This document shows, piece after piece, positions 10,376 to 19,792 of a DNA stretch of 64,000 nt. Position numbers and translations under genes: made by a program. The number at the start of each line of letters is the position of its first letter. Position 1 is the stretch's first letter. Source of the DNA: an uncultured delta proteobacterium (lineage in GTDB: Bacteria > Desulfobacterota > Binatia > Binatales > Binataceae); contig CAVRVY010000003.1 of the NCBI GenBank assembly GCA_963724765.1, positions 960,001 through 1,024,000 of the forward strand, read 5' to 3'. The notes beneath the pieces are model-generated. The model was not told the origin of the DNA. It did no database searches and was given only the letters and a program-made list of their open reading frames with translations.

Positions 10376-11098
10376 TTGTTCACAGGTATCATCGAGGACC
10401 TCGGCACCGTTGAGGGGATCAAGCGCACCGTCAAGGGCGCGGTGGTGAGCCTCGGCACTGCGCTGCCGCTTACGCGTATCTCGATCGGCGACTCGATCGC
10501 GGTCAACGGCGCATGTCTCACCGTGGTCAGAAAACGAGGCGGCAACCGTCGCGGCACTATAGCGGGCATCATCTCAATGGACGTCTCGGCCGAGACGCTG
10601 CGGCGCACGACCCTGGGCGGGCTGGCCATGGGCGATCGGGTCAACCTCGAGCGCTGCCTCACGCTGGACAAACTGCTCGGCGGACATCTGGTTTCGGGCC
10701 ACGTCGACGGCGTCGGCAAGATCGTCGCGATCACGCCCGAGGGCGACTCGAAGCTCTACACGTTTGAAGTTCCGCCGGCGCAGGTACGTTACCTGGTCGA
10801 GAAGGGCTCGGTCGCGATCGACGGCGTGAGCTTGACCGTGTTTGCGATTACCGGCCGGCGCTTCAGCGTCGCGCTGATTCCTCATACGCTCAAGCTGACC
10901 ACGCTGGGGCGCAAGGGGCCCGGCGCGGCGGTAAATGTCGAGAGCGACATGCTGGTCAAGTACGTCGAGCGAATTCTCGCGGGGCGGACCAACGGCGCCA
11001 CGCGCCGGGCCGCCGGTACGGCGATTGTCGATAGCGCGATCGTGAACAAGACCGCCGGCGCAGCACTCCGCGCCCGTGGCCGGGGAGTATTGTCATGA
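10376..11098 (+). CDS. ribE: Riboflavin synthase (alpha chain)
   Basis: MFTGIIE N-terminus (TTG start), GDSIAVNGACLT, GGHLVSGHVD and KGSVAIDGVSLT. Confidence 0.95.
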   Translation: MFTGIIEDLGTVEGIKRTVKGAVVSLGTALPLTRISIGDSIAVNGACLTVVRKRGGNRRGTIAGIISMDVSAETLRRTTLGGLAMGDRVNLERCLTLDKLLGGHLVSGHVDGVGKIVAITPEGDSKLYTFEVPPAQVRYLVEKGSVAIDGVSLTVFAITGRRFSVALIPHTLKLTTLGRKGPGAAVNVESDMLVKYVERILAGRTNGATRRAAGTAIVDSAIVNKTAGAALRARGRGVLS

Positions 11099-11574
11099 GC
11101 CTGATGCAGATACCGCGCAAGATCGAGTACGCGCTGAGGGCCATGATCCATCTCGCCGACCATCCCGAAGGCGTGGCGCGCGGCACCGAGATCGCGCGCG
11201 ACGAGCAGATTCCCAAGTACTATCTGGAGAAGGTGATCCGCGACCTGATGCATCGCGGGCTGGTGCGCGCGCGGCGCGGTCCGGGCGGCGGCTATCAGCT
11301 CGCGCGCCCTGCCGATGAGGTCACGTTCAAGGACGTGATCGAGGCGGTCGAGGGGCCGATCACACTCAATGTATGCGTCGACGGCTCGAGCTCGTGCGCT
11401 TTGCAGCCGACCTGCCGAATGTTCCGCGTGTGGGAGGAGGGACAGCGCGTGTTGCTCGAGATTTTCTCGCAAACCACGCTCAAAGAGATCGCCGCTTCGC
11501 GTCCCGCACCGATGCGCCTGGCAAGGGTCCCGCTCGCTGCCGCCGACAAGGAAGCCGCGGCCGCCAAGGCCTGA
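11095..11574 (+). CDS. Rrf2-family transcriptional regulator with three Cys (Fe-S-binding type)
   Basis: YALRAM, RGPGGGYQLARP, EAVEG, and C-x6-C-x5-C. Confidence 0.9.
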   Translation: MSLMQIPRKIEYALRAMIHLADHPEGVARGTEIARDEQIPKYYLEKVIRDLMHRGLVRARRGPGGGYQLARPADEVTFKDVIEAVEGPITLNVCVDGSSSCALQPTCRMFRVWEEGQRVLLEIFSQTTLKEIAASRPAPMRLARVPLAAADKEAAAAKA

Positions 11575-11652
11575 CGGCAGCGGCCACGGCCCTCGGCACC
11601 TCGCACCGCCATCGGCGATACCACCATCTAATTGACCGCCGGGAAAGAATTG

Positions 11653-12819
11653 ATGAACGAACCTCCCGACGAGTCGGCCGCGGGCGGCGTCGGCGCCGCG
11701 CTGTTCGACGAGAAGTCCTTCTACCTCGAAGAGTTTTACGGCAAGAGCCTGCTGTTCGCGCTGATTCCGCCCGGCGGCGAGCGCCTGGGCGAACTCGACT
11801 CGCTGGTGCGCACCCTGCGCGAGCTGCGGCGCAACCAGGCGCGATGCATCGTGATCGTCTCGGCCGACGCGCTCGCCCGGATCATGCGCCGGCTCGGCCG
11901 GCTCGCGCCAAGGGCCGAGCCCCCGGTCTTCAATCCCGGTGCCGGCCTGCGCTCGCGTCCCTACCCGCCCGACTCGGCGGTGGCGCGAATCTGGCGCGCG
12001 CTCAGCGCGGGATCGATCGTCGTGGCAGTGGCCGATACCAACAAGCCGTCCGATTTCACCGTCTTCGCCCAGGAGCTGGCGAGCCGCTTGCGCGTCTTCA
12101 AGCTGATTCTGCTCGACCGCCAGGGCGGCCTGACCGGCAGCGGCGGTGAGCGGATGTCGTTCGTCGAGGTTGGCCGGATCGCAAGTGCGGTGCGCAAGGA
12201 GCGTACCGCGCGAAGACGCACTGAGTTGCGGGCCGTCGCCCGCGCCCTTCGCGACGGGGTCGGATCGGTAAACCTGGTCGCGCCGCGTGAGGTTTACGAC
12301 GAGCTGTTCAGTTTCATCGGCACCGGTACGCTTTTCACCGAGCGCCAGTACGGCTTCGTGCGGCCGATTTCGATCGACGACTTCGAGGAAGTCGAGGCGC
12401 TCATCCTGCGCGGCCAACGCGAGGGCCATCTGCTGGCGCGCTCGCGCGAGGAAATCGCGCAATTGCTGCCGTCATGCTTCGGCTACCGTGTCGGTGACGA
12501 GCATCTGGCCGGCGTCTGCTCGCTGCTCACCGAGCGGTACCATCGTGAGCGCGCCGGCGAAATAACCGCGCTCTACACGCTGACGCGCTTTGCCGGCGAG
12601 GGCGTCGCGGTCGAGCTGGTCAAACAGATCCTGAACGAGGCGCGCGAGCGCCCGCTGCGCTACGTCTTCGCCTGCACTGCGGAGGAGCGGGCGGCGAAAT
12701 TTTTCGTCCGCCTCGGATTTCGCCGGGTCGGTCCGCGCGACATCCCGCCGGCCAAATGGCGCGGCTACGATCGGGCGCGGATGTCGCGGCTGGAGATTTT
12801 CCGCTTCGACCTTGGCTGA
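11653..12819 (+). CDS. ArgA-like N-acetylglutamate synthase (degenerate AAK domain + GNAT)
   Basis: FYLEEFYGKSLLF, ELFSFIGTGT (arginine-site-like) and a C-terminal GNAT domain (GEGVAVELV, FFVRLGF). Confidence 0.65.
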   Translation: MNEPPDESAAGGVGAALFDEKSFYLEEFYGKSLLFALIPPGGERLGELDSLVRTLRELRRNQARCIVIVSADALARIMRRLGRLAPRAEPPVFNPGAGLRSRPYPPDSAVARIWRALSAGSIVVAVADTNKPSDFTVFAQELASRLRVFKLILLDRQGGLTGSGGERMSFVEVGRIASAVRKERTARRRTELRAVARALRDGVGSVNLVAPREVYDELFSFIGTGTLFTERQYGFVRPISIDDFEEVEALILRGQREGHLLARSREEIAQLLPSCFGYRVGDEHLAGVCSLLTERYHRERAGEITALYTLTRFAGEGVAVELVKQILNEARERPLRYVFACTAEERAAKFFVRLGFRRVGPRDIPPAKWRGYDRARMSRLEIFRFDLG

Positions 12820-12833
12820 ATCGCCGCTGCACC

Positions 12834-14408
12834 ATGAATTCTCCCCCTCTCACCAGCGGTGCGAGCGTATCCGCGACGCCGAGCGGCACGGCGCTTACGC
12901 GATGGCGCCTGGCCGCGATTGCGGTCGTGCTCGCCACCGCCGTGCTGATGCTCCATCGTCTCGGCGCGGCCGAGGTTTGCGGCGCCAACGAGGCTATCGA
13001 GGGAGTCTTCGTCCAGCAGATGGTCGAGCACGGCGTGCTGCTCTTTCCGCTGGAGAACGGCAGCGCGCCGATGTACAAGCCGCCGCTGTTTCATTGGACC
13101 GCGGCCGCGCTCGACCGCGTCGGCCGCGTGAGCAGGGTGACCGCGTTCAACCTGCGGCTGCCGTCGGCGCTTTACGCGATTGCGGGCGTGGCGCTCACGA
13201 TCGCATTCGCATGGGTGCCGCTCGGCGAGGGCGGCGCGCTACTCGCGGGAATGATTCTGGCCGCCTCGTACCAGTACGTGAGCGAAGGACGGGTCGGCCG
13301 GGTCGATATGACGCTCGCTTTTTTCGAGACGCTCGCGATGATGAGTTGTTTGTGGATGCTGCCTGCGGCGTCCGCTGTTCCTGCTGCTTGCACTGAAAGA
13401 GCGACGGCTCGCGAGGTGTCGTTACGCTATCTGTTCGCGCTCGCGCTCGGCCTCGGCGTGCTGGCCAAGGGGCCGGTGGCGATAATTCTGCCGCTGGGCG
13501 CGATCGGACTGTTCCTGCTTCGCGAGCGGCGGCTCGGCGAATTGCGCGACATTTTCACGCCGGGGAGCCTGTTCGTCGCGATCGTGGTGAGCCTCGGATG
13601 GTACGTCGCGTGCGCGATGGGCCGGCGCTACGGATTCCTCGGACGCCAGCTCGAAAGCGAAAACTTCGGCCGCTTCTTCGGCGCGCTGGGTTTCATGGCG
13701 CCGTGGTACTACTTGAAACCGATCCTGTTGAACTCGGTGCCGCTCAGCCTGATGGTCCCGTTCGCCGCCGCAGCGGCGCTCCGCCATCCGTCCGACACGA
13801 CGCGGGCCGCTTCGAGCGTCGAGACGCGCCAGCAACGCGCGCGCTTCGACGCCCGGATGCTGGCGACGTTCTGGCTGCTGACGGTCATCTTCTTCACCGT
13901 CGCTGCCTACAAGCGGCGCGCCTACCTGCTGCCGCTATGGCCGTCCTCGGCGTTCCTGCTGGCCTGGGGTGCGAACGAGCTTGCGCAGCGCAACCGATGG
14001 GGTCGTGTCGCGCGGAGCGCACTGGCTGCGCTCTGCGCCGGGCTGATGGCGTTCAATATTGTCTATCTGCCCCGCCGCGAGGCTGCCGGATGCGTCGGCG
14101 GGTCGTTTCAGGCCGCGGCGTCGCAGATCGATCGCGCAGTCGGAAGCGACGAGCCGCTCTATCTCTATGGCTTCGGTGACGATCCGGCGCCGCTGCTCTT
14201 TTACCTCGATCGCAACGCCCCCCAGGTCGAGGGCAAACTTGGCGACGCGCCGCCGGGATACGTGGTTGTGCCCGAGAGCGTGTGGCGTGAGCACGAGAGC
14301 GAGGCGCTCGATTTAAAGCCGGTGCTGAATGTCGAGGCCGGCGGCGACAAGCTGTTGCTACTGCGCCGGGGCGGCGCGATCGGGATGACGGAGAACGGCC
14401 TTCTTTGA
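12834..14408 (+). CDS. GT-C / ArnT-like (PMT_2, GT39/GT83) glycosyltransferase
   Basis: YKPPLFHW, RLPSAL, RVDMTL, LAKGP, YLLPL and many TM segments. Confidence 0.85.
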   Translation: MNSPPLTSGASVSATPSGTALTRWRLAAIAVVLATAVLMLHRLGAAEVCGANEAIEGVFVQQMVEHGVLLFPLENGSAPMYKPPLFHWTAAALDRVGRVSRVTAFNLRLPSALYAIAGVALTIAFAWVPLGEGGALLAGMILAASYQYVSEGRVGRVDMTLAFFETLAMMSCLWMLPAASAVPAACTERATAREVSLRYLFALALGLGVLAKGPVAIILPLGAIGLFLLRERRLGELRDIFTPGSLFVAIVVSLGWYVACAMGRRYGFLGRQLESENFGRFFGALGFMAPWYYLKPILLNSVPLSLMVPFAAAAALRHPSDTTRAASSVETRQQRARFDARMLATFWLLTVIFFTVAAYKRRAYLLPLWPSSAFLLAWGANELAQRNRWGRVARSALAALCAGLMAFNIVYLPRREAAGCVGGSFQAAASQIDRAVGSDEPLYLYGFGDDPAPLLFYLDRNAPQVEGKLGDAPPGYVVVPESVWREHESEALDLKPVLNVEAGGDKLLLLRRGGAIGMTENGLL

Positions 14409-14448
14409 GATAGGATCGATTCACTTTCGGTAAGCGGGGAGCGACGTC

Positions 14449-15012
14449 ATGGATAAGATGCATTTCACCCGGATGGACCAGGGCAGCGACGAGGATTTCC
14501 AAATCCTCAAGCGGGTCCATGAGACAACCCTCGCCAATCTGCCGGATCGCCTGATCGCGATGGTGAACGACCTCTCGACCGATTCGGCCTATAACCTCAA
14601 CCGCCGCGGTCACAGCCTGCAAGCCGCCACGCGCGCGATGCGTGACGGTGCCGATGAGGAGTTGATTGTCGTTGCCTTGTTGCATGATATCGGTGAATCG
14701 CTCGGCCCGATGAATCATGGCGAGATCGCGGCTTCAATCCTCCGTCCCTTCATTTCCTCCGACCACTACAATCTGCTCAAGTATCACGGCCTCTTTCAGA
14801 CCTATTTCTACGCCCGCCACCTCGGGCTCGATCCCAATGCGCGCGACCAGTTCAAGCACGAGCCGTGGTATCAGCTCACCGTGGATTTCTGCGCGAAGTA
14901 TGACGAGATTTCCTTCGATCCGGCCTATCGCAACGAGCCGATCAGCACGTTCGCCCCGATGGTGCATCGGGTGCTGAACAAGCCGTGGCTTCCGCCGGGA
15001 AAAGCGGACTGA
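14449..15012 (+). CDS. HD-domain phosphohydrolase/oxygenase-like protein
   Basis: HSLQAATRA...ALLHDIG...NHG...YHG; GGGGAG RBS upstream. Confidence 0.85.
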   Translation: MDKMHFTRMDQGSDEDFQILKRVHETTLANLPDRLIAMVNDLSTDSAYNLNRRGHSLQAATRAMRDGADEELIVVALLHDIGESLGPMNHGEIAASILRPFISSDHYNLLKYHGLFQTYFYARHLGLDPNARDQFKHEPWYQLTVDFCAKYDEISFDPAYRNEPISTFAPMVHRVLNKPWLPPGKAD

Positions 15013-15013
15013 G

Positions 15014-16093
15014 CTAAAACACCGGAATGATGTCGGCGGCCGTGATGTTGCCGACGTCGACGCCCTCGATATCGAGTTCCGGTATCGCTGGAAACTTGAT
15101 CCCCCAATCGCCCACCACCTTGCGGACTTTGGCGATCGCCATCCGCCAGTTCTCCGCCTGGTCGTCGTAGCTCAACACGCCGAGCCCGGCCTGCCGCGCG
15201 TACTGCATCAGCGCGCGATGGTTGGGCAGAAAGTACGGCGGCAGTTCCCAAAACATGTTGGGCGGCTCCCACAGGATCATCGAGAGAAACACGAAGCCCG
15301 CGCGCAACTGCTTGGTAATGAGGTTCTTGTAGTCCTCGGTCAGTCCCGGCCAATCGTCCTCGAGCATCTTGAGACAAATCGCCAGGTGGCGGCTCTCGTC
15401 CTGGCCGACCCGGGTGAAGACGCCCTTGAACACCGGCAGCGTGGTGCGCCGCGACATCCCGTAGAACAGCGTCGAGGCCGCGACCTCGCCGAGCAGGAAC
15501 GAAGTGAACAGCACCGAGAGCGGATACTTGTCGATCGAGTTTGAATAGCCGCGCCAGTAACGCGAGCCGTTATACGACAGCCACTGGAAATTGTTGAGCG
15601 CCGCGCGCTCGACCTCGGTGCGCGCCTCGAAGCGCAGCGGACCGCCCGGCACCAGCCGCTGAATCGCGCGCTGGCAGCACTCCTCGTGATTCATCTCGTC
15701 GTGGGTGACGCTGAAGAAACATTTGCGGATCGGATCTTCGGTGTGCAGCTCGTAGGAATGGATCATCGCCTTGGCGAAGACCGCCGGCCCCGAACCGTCG
15801 AAGACCGAGAGCACCGCGTACCAGTACATGATGCCCATGCGCTCTTCGGGCGTGAATTGCGCCGGGTCGAGTTGATCCCACGGCAGGTCCGAGGGGTTCC
15901 ACGCCGAGCGCTTGGCCTTCTCGTACAACGCCGCCAGCGGCTCGGTCTTGACCGGCCACTCCAGCGGAAAGATGTTGGGCTGCTCGATCTCGGGCGCCGG
16001 CTGAAGGCCGTCCTTGGGAATCATCAATGGTGGAATGACAAGATTCGATTTGCTCGAGCCGTTGCCCGGCTGTGCGGCCGCTGCTTTGGCCAT
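15014..16093 (-). CDS. Ferritin-like diiron protein (oxygenase/desaturase-like)
   Basis: Two DExxH motifs (DEMNH, DESRH), LYEKAKRSAW N-terminal motif, AGGAGG RBS. Confidence 0.8.
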   Translation of the reverse strand: MAKAAAAQPGNGSSKSNLVIPPLMIPKDGLQPAPEIEQPNIFPLEWPVKTEPLAALYEKAKRSAWNPSDLPWDQLDPAQFTPEERMGIMYWYAVLSVFDGSGPAVFAKAMIHSYELHTEDPIRKCFFSVTHDEMNHEECCQRAIQRLVPGGPLRFEARTEVERAALNNFQWLSYNGSRYWRGYSNSIDKYPLSVLFTSFLLGEVAASTLFYGMSRRTTLPVFKGVFTRVGQDESRHLAICLKMLEDDWPGLTEDYKNLITKQLRAGFVFLSMILWEPPNMFWELPPYFLPNHRALMQYARQAGLGVLSYDDQAENWRMAIAKVRKVVGDWGIKFPAIPELDIEGVDVGNITAADIIPVF

Positions 16094-16116
16094 GGCCTGC
16101 GGACCTCCTGGGAAGC

Positions 16117-16138
16117 AAATCGACCGGACGGTCGATTT
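16117..16138. promoter_or_regulatory. Perfect inverted repeat, probable TetR operator
   Basis: AAATCGACCG-GA-CGGTCGATTT, just upstream of the RBS of the diiron gene and next to a TetR gene. Confidence 0.7.
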
Positions 16139-16197
16139 AATTAAACATCGCGCAACTTCCCGCTTATGTCAAGAAGCGGCGCGGGCGCACGCACGCC

Positions 16198-16875
16198 TTA
16201 CCCCTGAGCGTCGCGCACGATGCCCTCGAAGACCAGCCGCGACACGGCTTCGGCGATCTGCTCGGGCTTGAGCCTGCCCTCGCGCCGATACCACTGCGTG
16301 ATCGAATTGCCCATTCCGAAGATGAGCCGGGTCAGCAGACCGGCGTCGAGGCCCACATGAATTTGCCCGGCCGCGGCTGCCTGCCTCGCCAGGACCGCGA
16401 CCTCGCGATCGAAGCGCCGCCGCCGCGCCATCGCCTGCCGCTCGGTCGGCGTATTACCCTTGACCCGCTGGAGCAACTCGACCTCCTGCACGAACTCGAG
16501 CGTGATGATCACGCTGCGGTATACGATATGCCGCAGACGCTCCAGCGGCGTGCCGCTTCTTGCGCCCGGTTCATCGAGCACGCCGAGCAGCCATTTGAAC
16601 CCGCGCTCCAGCGCGCGCGCCAGCAATTCCTCCTTGCCCGAGACGTGATAGTAGAGGCTCGACTTGGTAACGCCGGTTTCGCGCGCGACGTCTTCCATCG
16701 AGGCCGCTTCGTAGCCGTGGCGATTGAAGACGCGCACGGCGGCGTCGGTGACGGTTTCGATATCGTAGGGTGCGCGATGCTGCTTGGAGGGGCGGCCGAT
16801 TTTTCGCGCGCCGCCTGGCGCTCGATGAGCGCCGGCGGTTTTCGATCCCGCGGACGGTCGCGCCGGTCTTTTCAT
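16198..16875 (-). CDS. TetR/AcrR-family regulator (PaaR-like)
   Basis: AAVRVFNRHGYEAASMEDVARETGVTKSSLYYHVSGKEELL HTH; NSITQWYR C-terminal motif. Confidence 0.9.
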   Translation of the reverse strand: MKRPARPSAGSKTAGAHRAPGGARKIGRPSKQHRAPYDIETVTDAAVRVFNRHGYEAASMEDVARETGVTKSSLYYHVSGKEELLARALERGFKWLLGVLDEPGARSGTPLERLRHIVYRSVIITLEFVQEVELLQRVKGNTPTERQAMARRRRFDREVAVLARQAAAAGQIHVGLDAGLLTRLIFGMGNSITQWYRREGRLKPEQIAEAVSRLVFEGIVRDAQG

Positions 16876-16920
16876 AACATCGTCATAACGTCGTCATAAC
16901 ATTTGTCACGAGATCGTCAT
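16871..16920 (+). repeat. About 11-bp-period direct repeats (GTCAY core, five units)
   Basis: TTCAT at 16871, GTCAT at 16882, GTCAT at 16893, GTCAC at 16905, GTCAT at 16916. Confidence 0.7.
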
Positions 16921-16952
16921 CGAGCGATCGTCGCCGGGAACACGGCGCTCGC

Positions 16953-17894
16953 TCAGGAGAGCGTGGAATGACCGCGCGCGGCTGCGCCGAGTGTCGCCGC
17001 CAGCGCGTTCAGGTCGTCGACGCCGTAGAATTCAATCTCGATACGGCCGGGCTTGCGGCCGCGCGCGCGCATGATCCGGACCTTGCGCTTGAGTCCGCGT
17101 TGCATCGCGTCGGCGAGCGCCGCCAGATTGGGATCTGTGTTAGAACCGCCCGCCGCCGCGCCGCGTATCGCACCGCCGCGCGCGCGCCGCGCCGCCCCGG
17201 CTAACTCCTCCGCGCCGCGCGCCGAAATCCGGCCCTCGACGATTCGCCGCGCGGCAAGGGTCTGCGCCTCGGCAGAGGCCATCGCGAGCAATGGGCGCGC
17301 CTGACCGGCGCTGAGCTCGCTCCGCTCGATCATCTCGAGCACCGCCGGCGCCAGATCGAGCAGCCGGATCGCGTTGCTCACGTACGGGCGGCTCTTGCCA
17401 ATTCGCGCTGCCACCTGATCGTGGCTCATGGCGAAACTACGGGCCAGCCGCTCGAAGCCGTGCGCTTCGTCGACCGGGTTCAAGTCCTCGCGCATTAGGT
17501 TTTCGACCAGCGACATCTCGAGCGCCGCGTGATCGTCGAGCTCACGTATAACGATCGGCACCACGCTGAGGCCCGCGATACGCGCCGCACGCCATCGGCG
17601 CTCGCCGGCCACCAGCTCGTAGCGGACGGCTGCGCCATCGGCCGCCGGGGCCGGCCGCACTACCAACGGTTCGATGATTCCCTGGCTACGAATCGCTTGC
17701 GCCAGCTCCTGGAGCCGCGCGGAATCGAAATGGCGGCGCGGCTGGAGCGGGCTCGGCATGATCTGATCAAGCTCGACGCTCAGGACCCCGGGGCCGTCCA
17801 TGCTTGCTCGCGCCGGCGACGAATCAACCGCCAGCGCGCCGTCGGTGCTCTCGATAAGCGCGTCGAGTCCGCGTCCCAACCCCCTGCGTATCAT
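16953..17894 (-). CDS. parB: Chromosome partitioning protein ParB/Spo0J
   Basis: GLGRGLDAL, QPRRHF, LVAGERRWRAA, ENLMREDL and HTH. Confidence 0.95.
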   Translation of the reverse strand: MIRRGLGRGLDALIESTDGALAVDSSPARASMDGPGVLSVELDQIMPSPLQPRRHFDSARLQELAQAIRSQGIIEPLVVRPAPAADGAAVRYELVAGERRWRAARIAGLSVVPIVIRELDDHAALEMSLVENLMREDLNPVDEAHGFERLARSFAMSHDQVAARIGKSRPYVSNAIRLLDLAPAVLEMIERSELSAGQARPLLAMASAEAQTLAARRIVEGRISARGAEELAGAARRARGGAIRGAAAGGSNTDPNLAALADAMQRGLKRKVRIMRARGRKPGRIEIEFYGVDDLNALAATLGAAARGHSTLS

Positions 17895-18796
17895 CCGCTC
17901 CTCCTCTCGCGCTCTGCGGAGCGCGCGAAGATGCTCCGCAGATTCCATATTGTGCGCCGCGGCGCTCCCCCGTTCGTAACCTCTTCCGGTGCGCCCTCGC
18001 CTGCGCTTTCAACCGTGGGACGCGCGACCGCCTGCGGCGAGCCGACCCGTTCCAGCAATTCGAGCGCGAGCAGGCGGTAGGCCTCGGCGCCAACCGACTT
18101 CGGATCGTGCTCGATGACCGCCAAGCCATGGCTGGGGCTCTCAGAGATCCGCACGTTGCGCGGGATTACGGTTTGGAAGATGCGCTCGGGAAAATGCTTG
18201 TTGACCTCGAGCGAGATCTCGTGGCTAAGCCGATTACGCGGGTCGAACATCGTGAGCACTACGCCCATCAGTTCAAGCTCGGGATTGAGCGCCGTCTTGA
18301 CCCGGCGAATCGTGGCAAGCAGCGAACTCAAGCCCTCCAGCGCGTAGTACTCGCACTGCATCGGCACCAGCACGGAATCGGCAGCGACCAAGGCGTTAAG
18401 TGTGAGCAGGCCGAGCGACGGTGGTGTATCGATTAGAATGAAGTTATATTTATGCGATTCTTCTTGCAGCTCAGACTTTAATCGACGCTCGCGACCTTCC
18501 ATCGTCGCAAGTTCGATTTCCGCCCCGACAAGGTCCGTGCTCGAAGGCGCGAGATAAAGCGACGGGCGCGACTCGCGGACGACTTGAGCGATCGGAGTGC
18601 GGCTCACGAGAGAATCGTAGATTGTGGCGGACTTAATCGGCTCGGGCGTCAATCCCGAGCTTGCGTTTCCCTGCGGGTCGAGATCGATGAGGAGTACGCG
18701 CCGCCCCGATTGCGCCAGCGCGACGGCGAGATTGACGGCGGTAGTCGTCTTGCCGACACCACCCTTCTGATTGGCGATCGCTACGATGCGCCCCAC
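17891..18796 (-). CDS. parA: Chromosome partitioning ATPase ParA/Soj
   Basis: NQKGGVGKTTT, DLDPQGN, DTPPSLG and QCEYYALEG. Confidence 0.95.
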   Translation of the reverse strand: MGRIVAIANQKGGVGKTTTAVNLAVALAQSGRRVLLIDLDPQGNASSGLTPEPIKSATIYDSLVSRTPIAQVVRESRPSLYLAPSSTDLVGAEIELATMEGRERRLKSELQEESHKYNFILIDTPPSLGLLTLNALVAADSVLVPMQCEYYALEGLSSLLATIRRVKTALNPELELMGVVLTMFDPRNRLSHEISLEVNKHFPERIFQTVIPRNVRISESPSHGLAVIEHDPKSVGAEAYRLLALELLERVGSPQAVARPTVESAGEGAPEEVTNGGAPRRTIWNLRSIFARSAERERRSG

Positions 18797-18931
18797 AGCC
18801 AGCCCAACCACCTTGAGACGTAGGCACAAATTACGTTCGTTGCACCCCGCTCCAACTCGATGATTGCACCGTGACGATCATAATGCAAAAGCAGATCGTG
18901 GTAGCTGGTTAATCATCGATTTAGTGGCGTT

Positions 18932-19681
18932 TCAGAGATTGGTTGACGCAAGCGGAGGTTTGCGCCTGAGCACGGCTGTGCGAGTTGCGACACGCTCGTC
19001 ATGCGGCAATCGATACGTCCACGCCACCGGCTCGGCAAACTGCTTAGCGTGCGCTCGGGAATCATCGAGGGACTCCACGCGCACCTGACCTGAATTCGCA
19101 TCCAGCACTTGGTCAGCGCTCGCATAAAGGAGAAGGATACCGCCAGGACGCAGAGCGGCGGCTGCTATTTCGTAAAGCTCTATCGAAGTTCCGAAGGCGC
19201 GCGCCGTCACGAGATGGTAAGAGCCGCCGGCGATGCTTCCCGCGCTCGCGCGGCGCTGCTCGATTGCGACATTCATGAGGTCCATCTCATGCGCCGCGAC
19301 TTCCAGGTAGCTCGCCCTCTTGCGTCGAGCTTCGACCAGTGTGAATCGCGCCGCGAAGGCGGCCGCGAGCACGAGTCCGGGGAAGCCGGCACCGGAACCG
19401 AGGTCAAGCACTGTGCCGCCTTCAGCAAGCGCCGCTTCGAGCGCCTCGCGATTTGCGCCCCCGGCGCATGCGATCGGCGCGAGACTGTCTATTATGTGGA
19501 AGGCAATCTCGGCCGGATCGGACGCGTCGGCGGTCAAATTGGTATGCGTACCCCACAGGGCCAGAGTTGCGGCCATCTTTTCGATCCGTTCGAGGAAGCC
19601 TTCGCGCGGATGCAGCGTCGTTTCGCTGATCCATTGCGCGACCCGCTCGCGCACATCGTTGGCGATCTTTTCGGGATTCAA
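18932..19681 (-). CDS. rsmG: 16S rRNA m7G527 methyltransferase
   Basis: NLT, HIIDSL, LDLGSGAGFPG and VTARAF; located between mnmG and parA. Confidence 0.9.
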   Translation of the reverse strand: MNPEKIANDVRERVAQWISETTLHPREGFLERIEKMAATLALWGTHTNLTADASDPAEIAFHIIDSLAPIACAGGANREALEAALAEGGTVLDLGSGAGFPGLVLAAAFAARFTLVEARRKRASYLEVAAHEMDLMNVAIEQRRASAGSIAGGSYHLVTARAFGTSIELYEIAAAALRPGGILLLYASADQVLDANSGQVRVESLDDSRAHAKQFAEPVAWTYRLPHDERVATRTAVLRRKPPLASTNL

Positions 19682-19718
19682 TGGTCAAGGCCGCACGCGG
19701 CGCGCCTGTTTGGTCTTT

Positions 19719-19734
19719 TGTTTCACGTGAAACA
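19719..19734. promoter_or_regulatory. parS centromere site 1
   Basis: TGTTTCACGTGAAACA, a perfect consensus palindrome. Confidence 0.95.
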
Positions 19735-19766
19735 CGCTAAAGCTCGAAGGCTGACGAAGCTTTGGC

Positions 19767-19782
19767 CGTTTCACGTGAAACG
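19767..19782. promoter_or_regulatory. parS centromere site 2
   Basis: CGTTTCACGTGAAACG palindrome. Confidence 0.9.
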
Positions 19783-19792
19783 TCGAAGTAGA

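Noticed and set aside
1430-12462. Long antisense ORFs (1430-2884, 4547-6124, 10882-12462)
   Set aside because: Arg/Ala/Gly-rich shadows of well-supported genes on the opposite strand.
16871-16920. Possible CRISPR or iteron array
   Set aside because: Units are about 11 bp without unique spacers, and there are no cas or rep genes.
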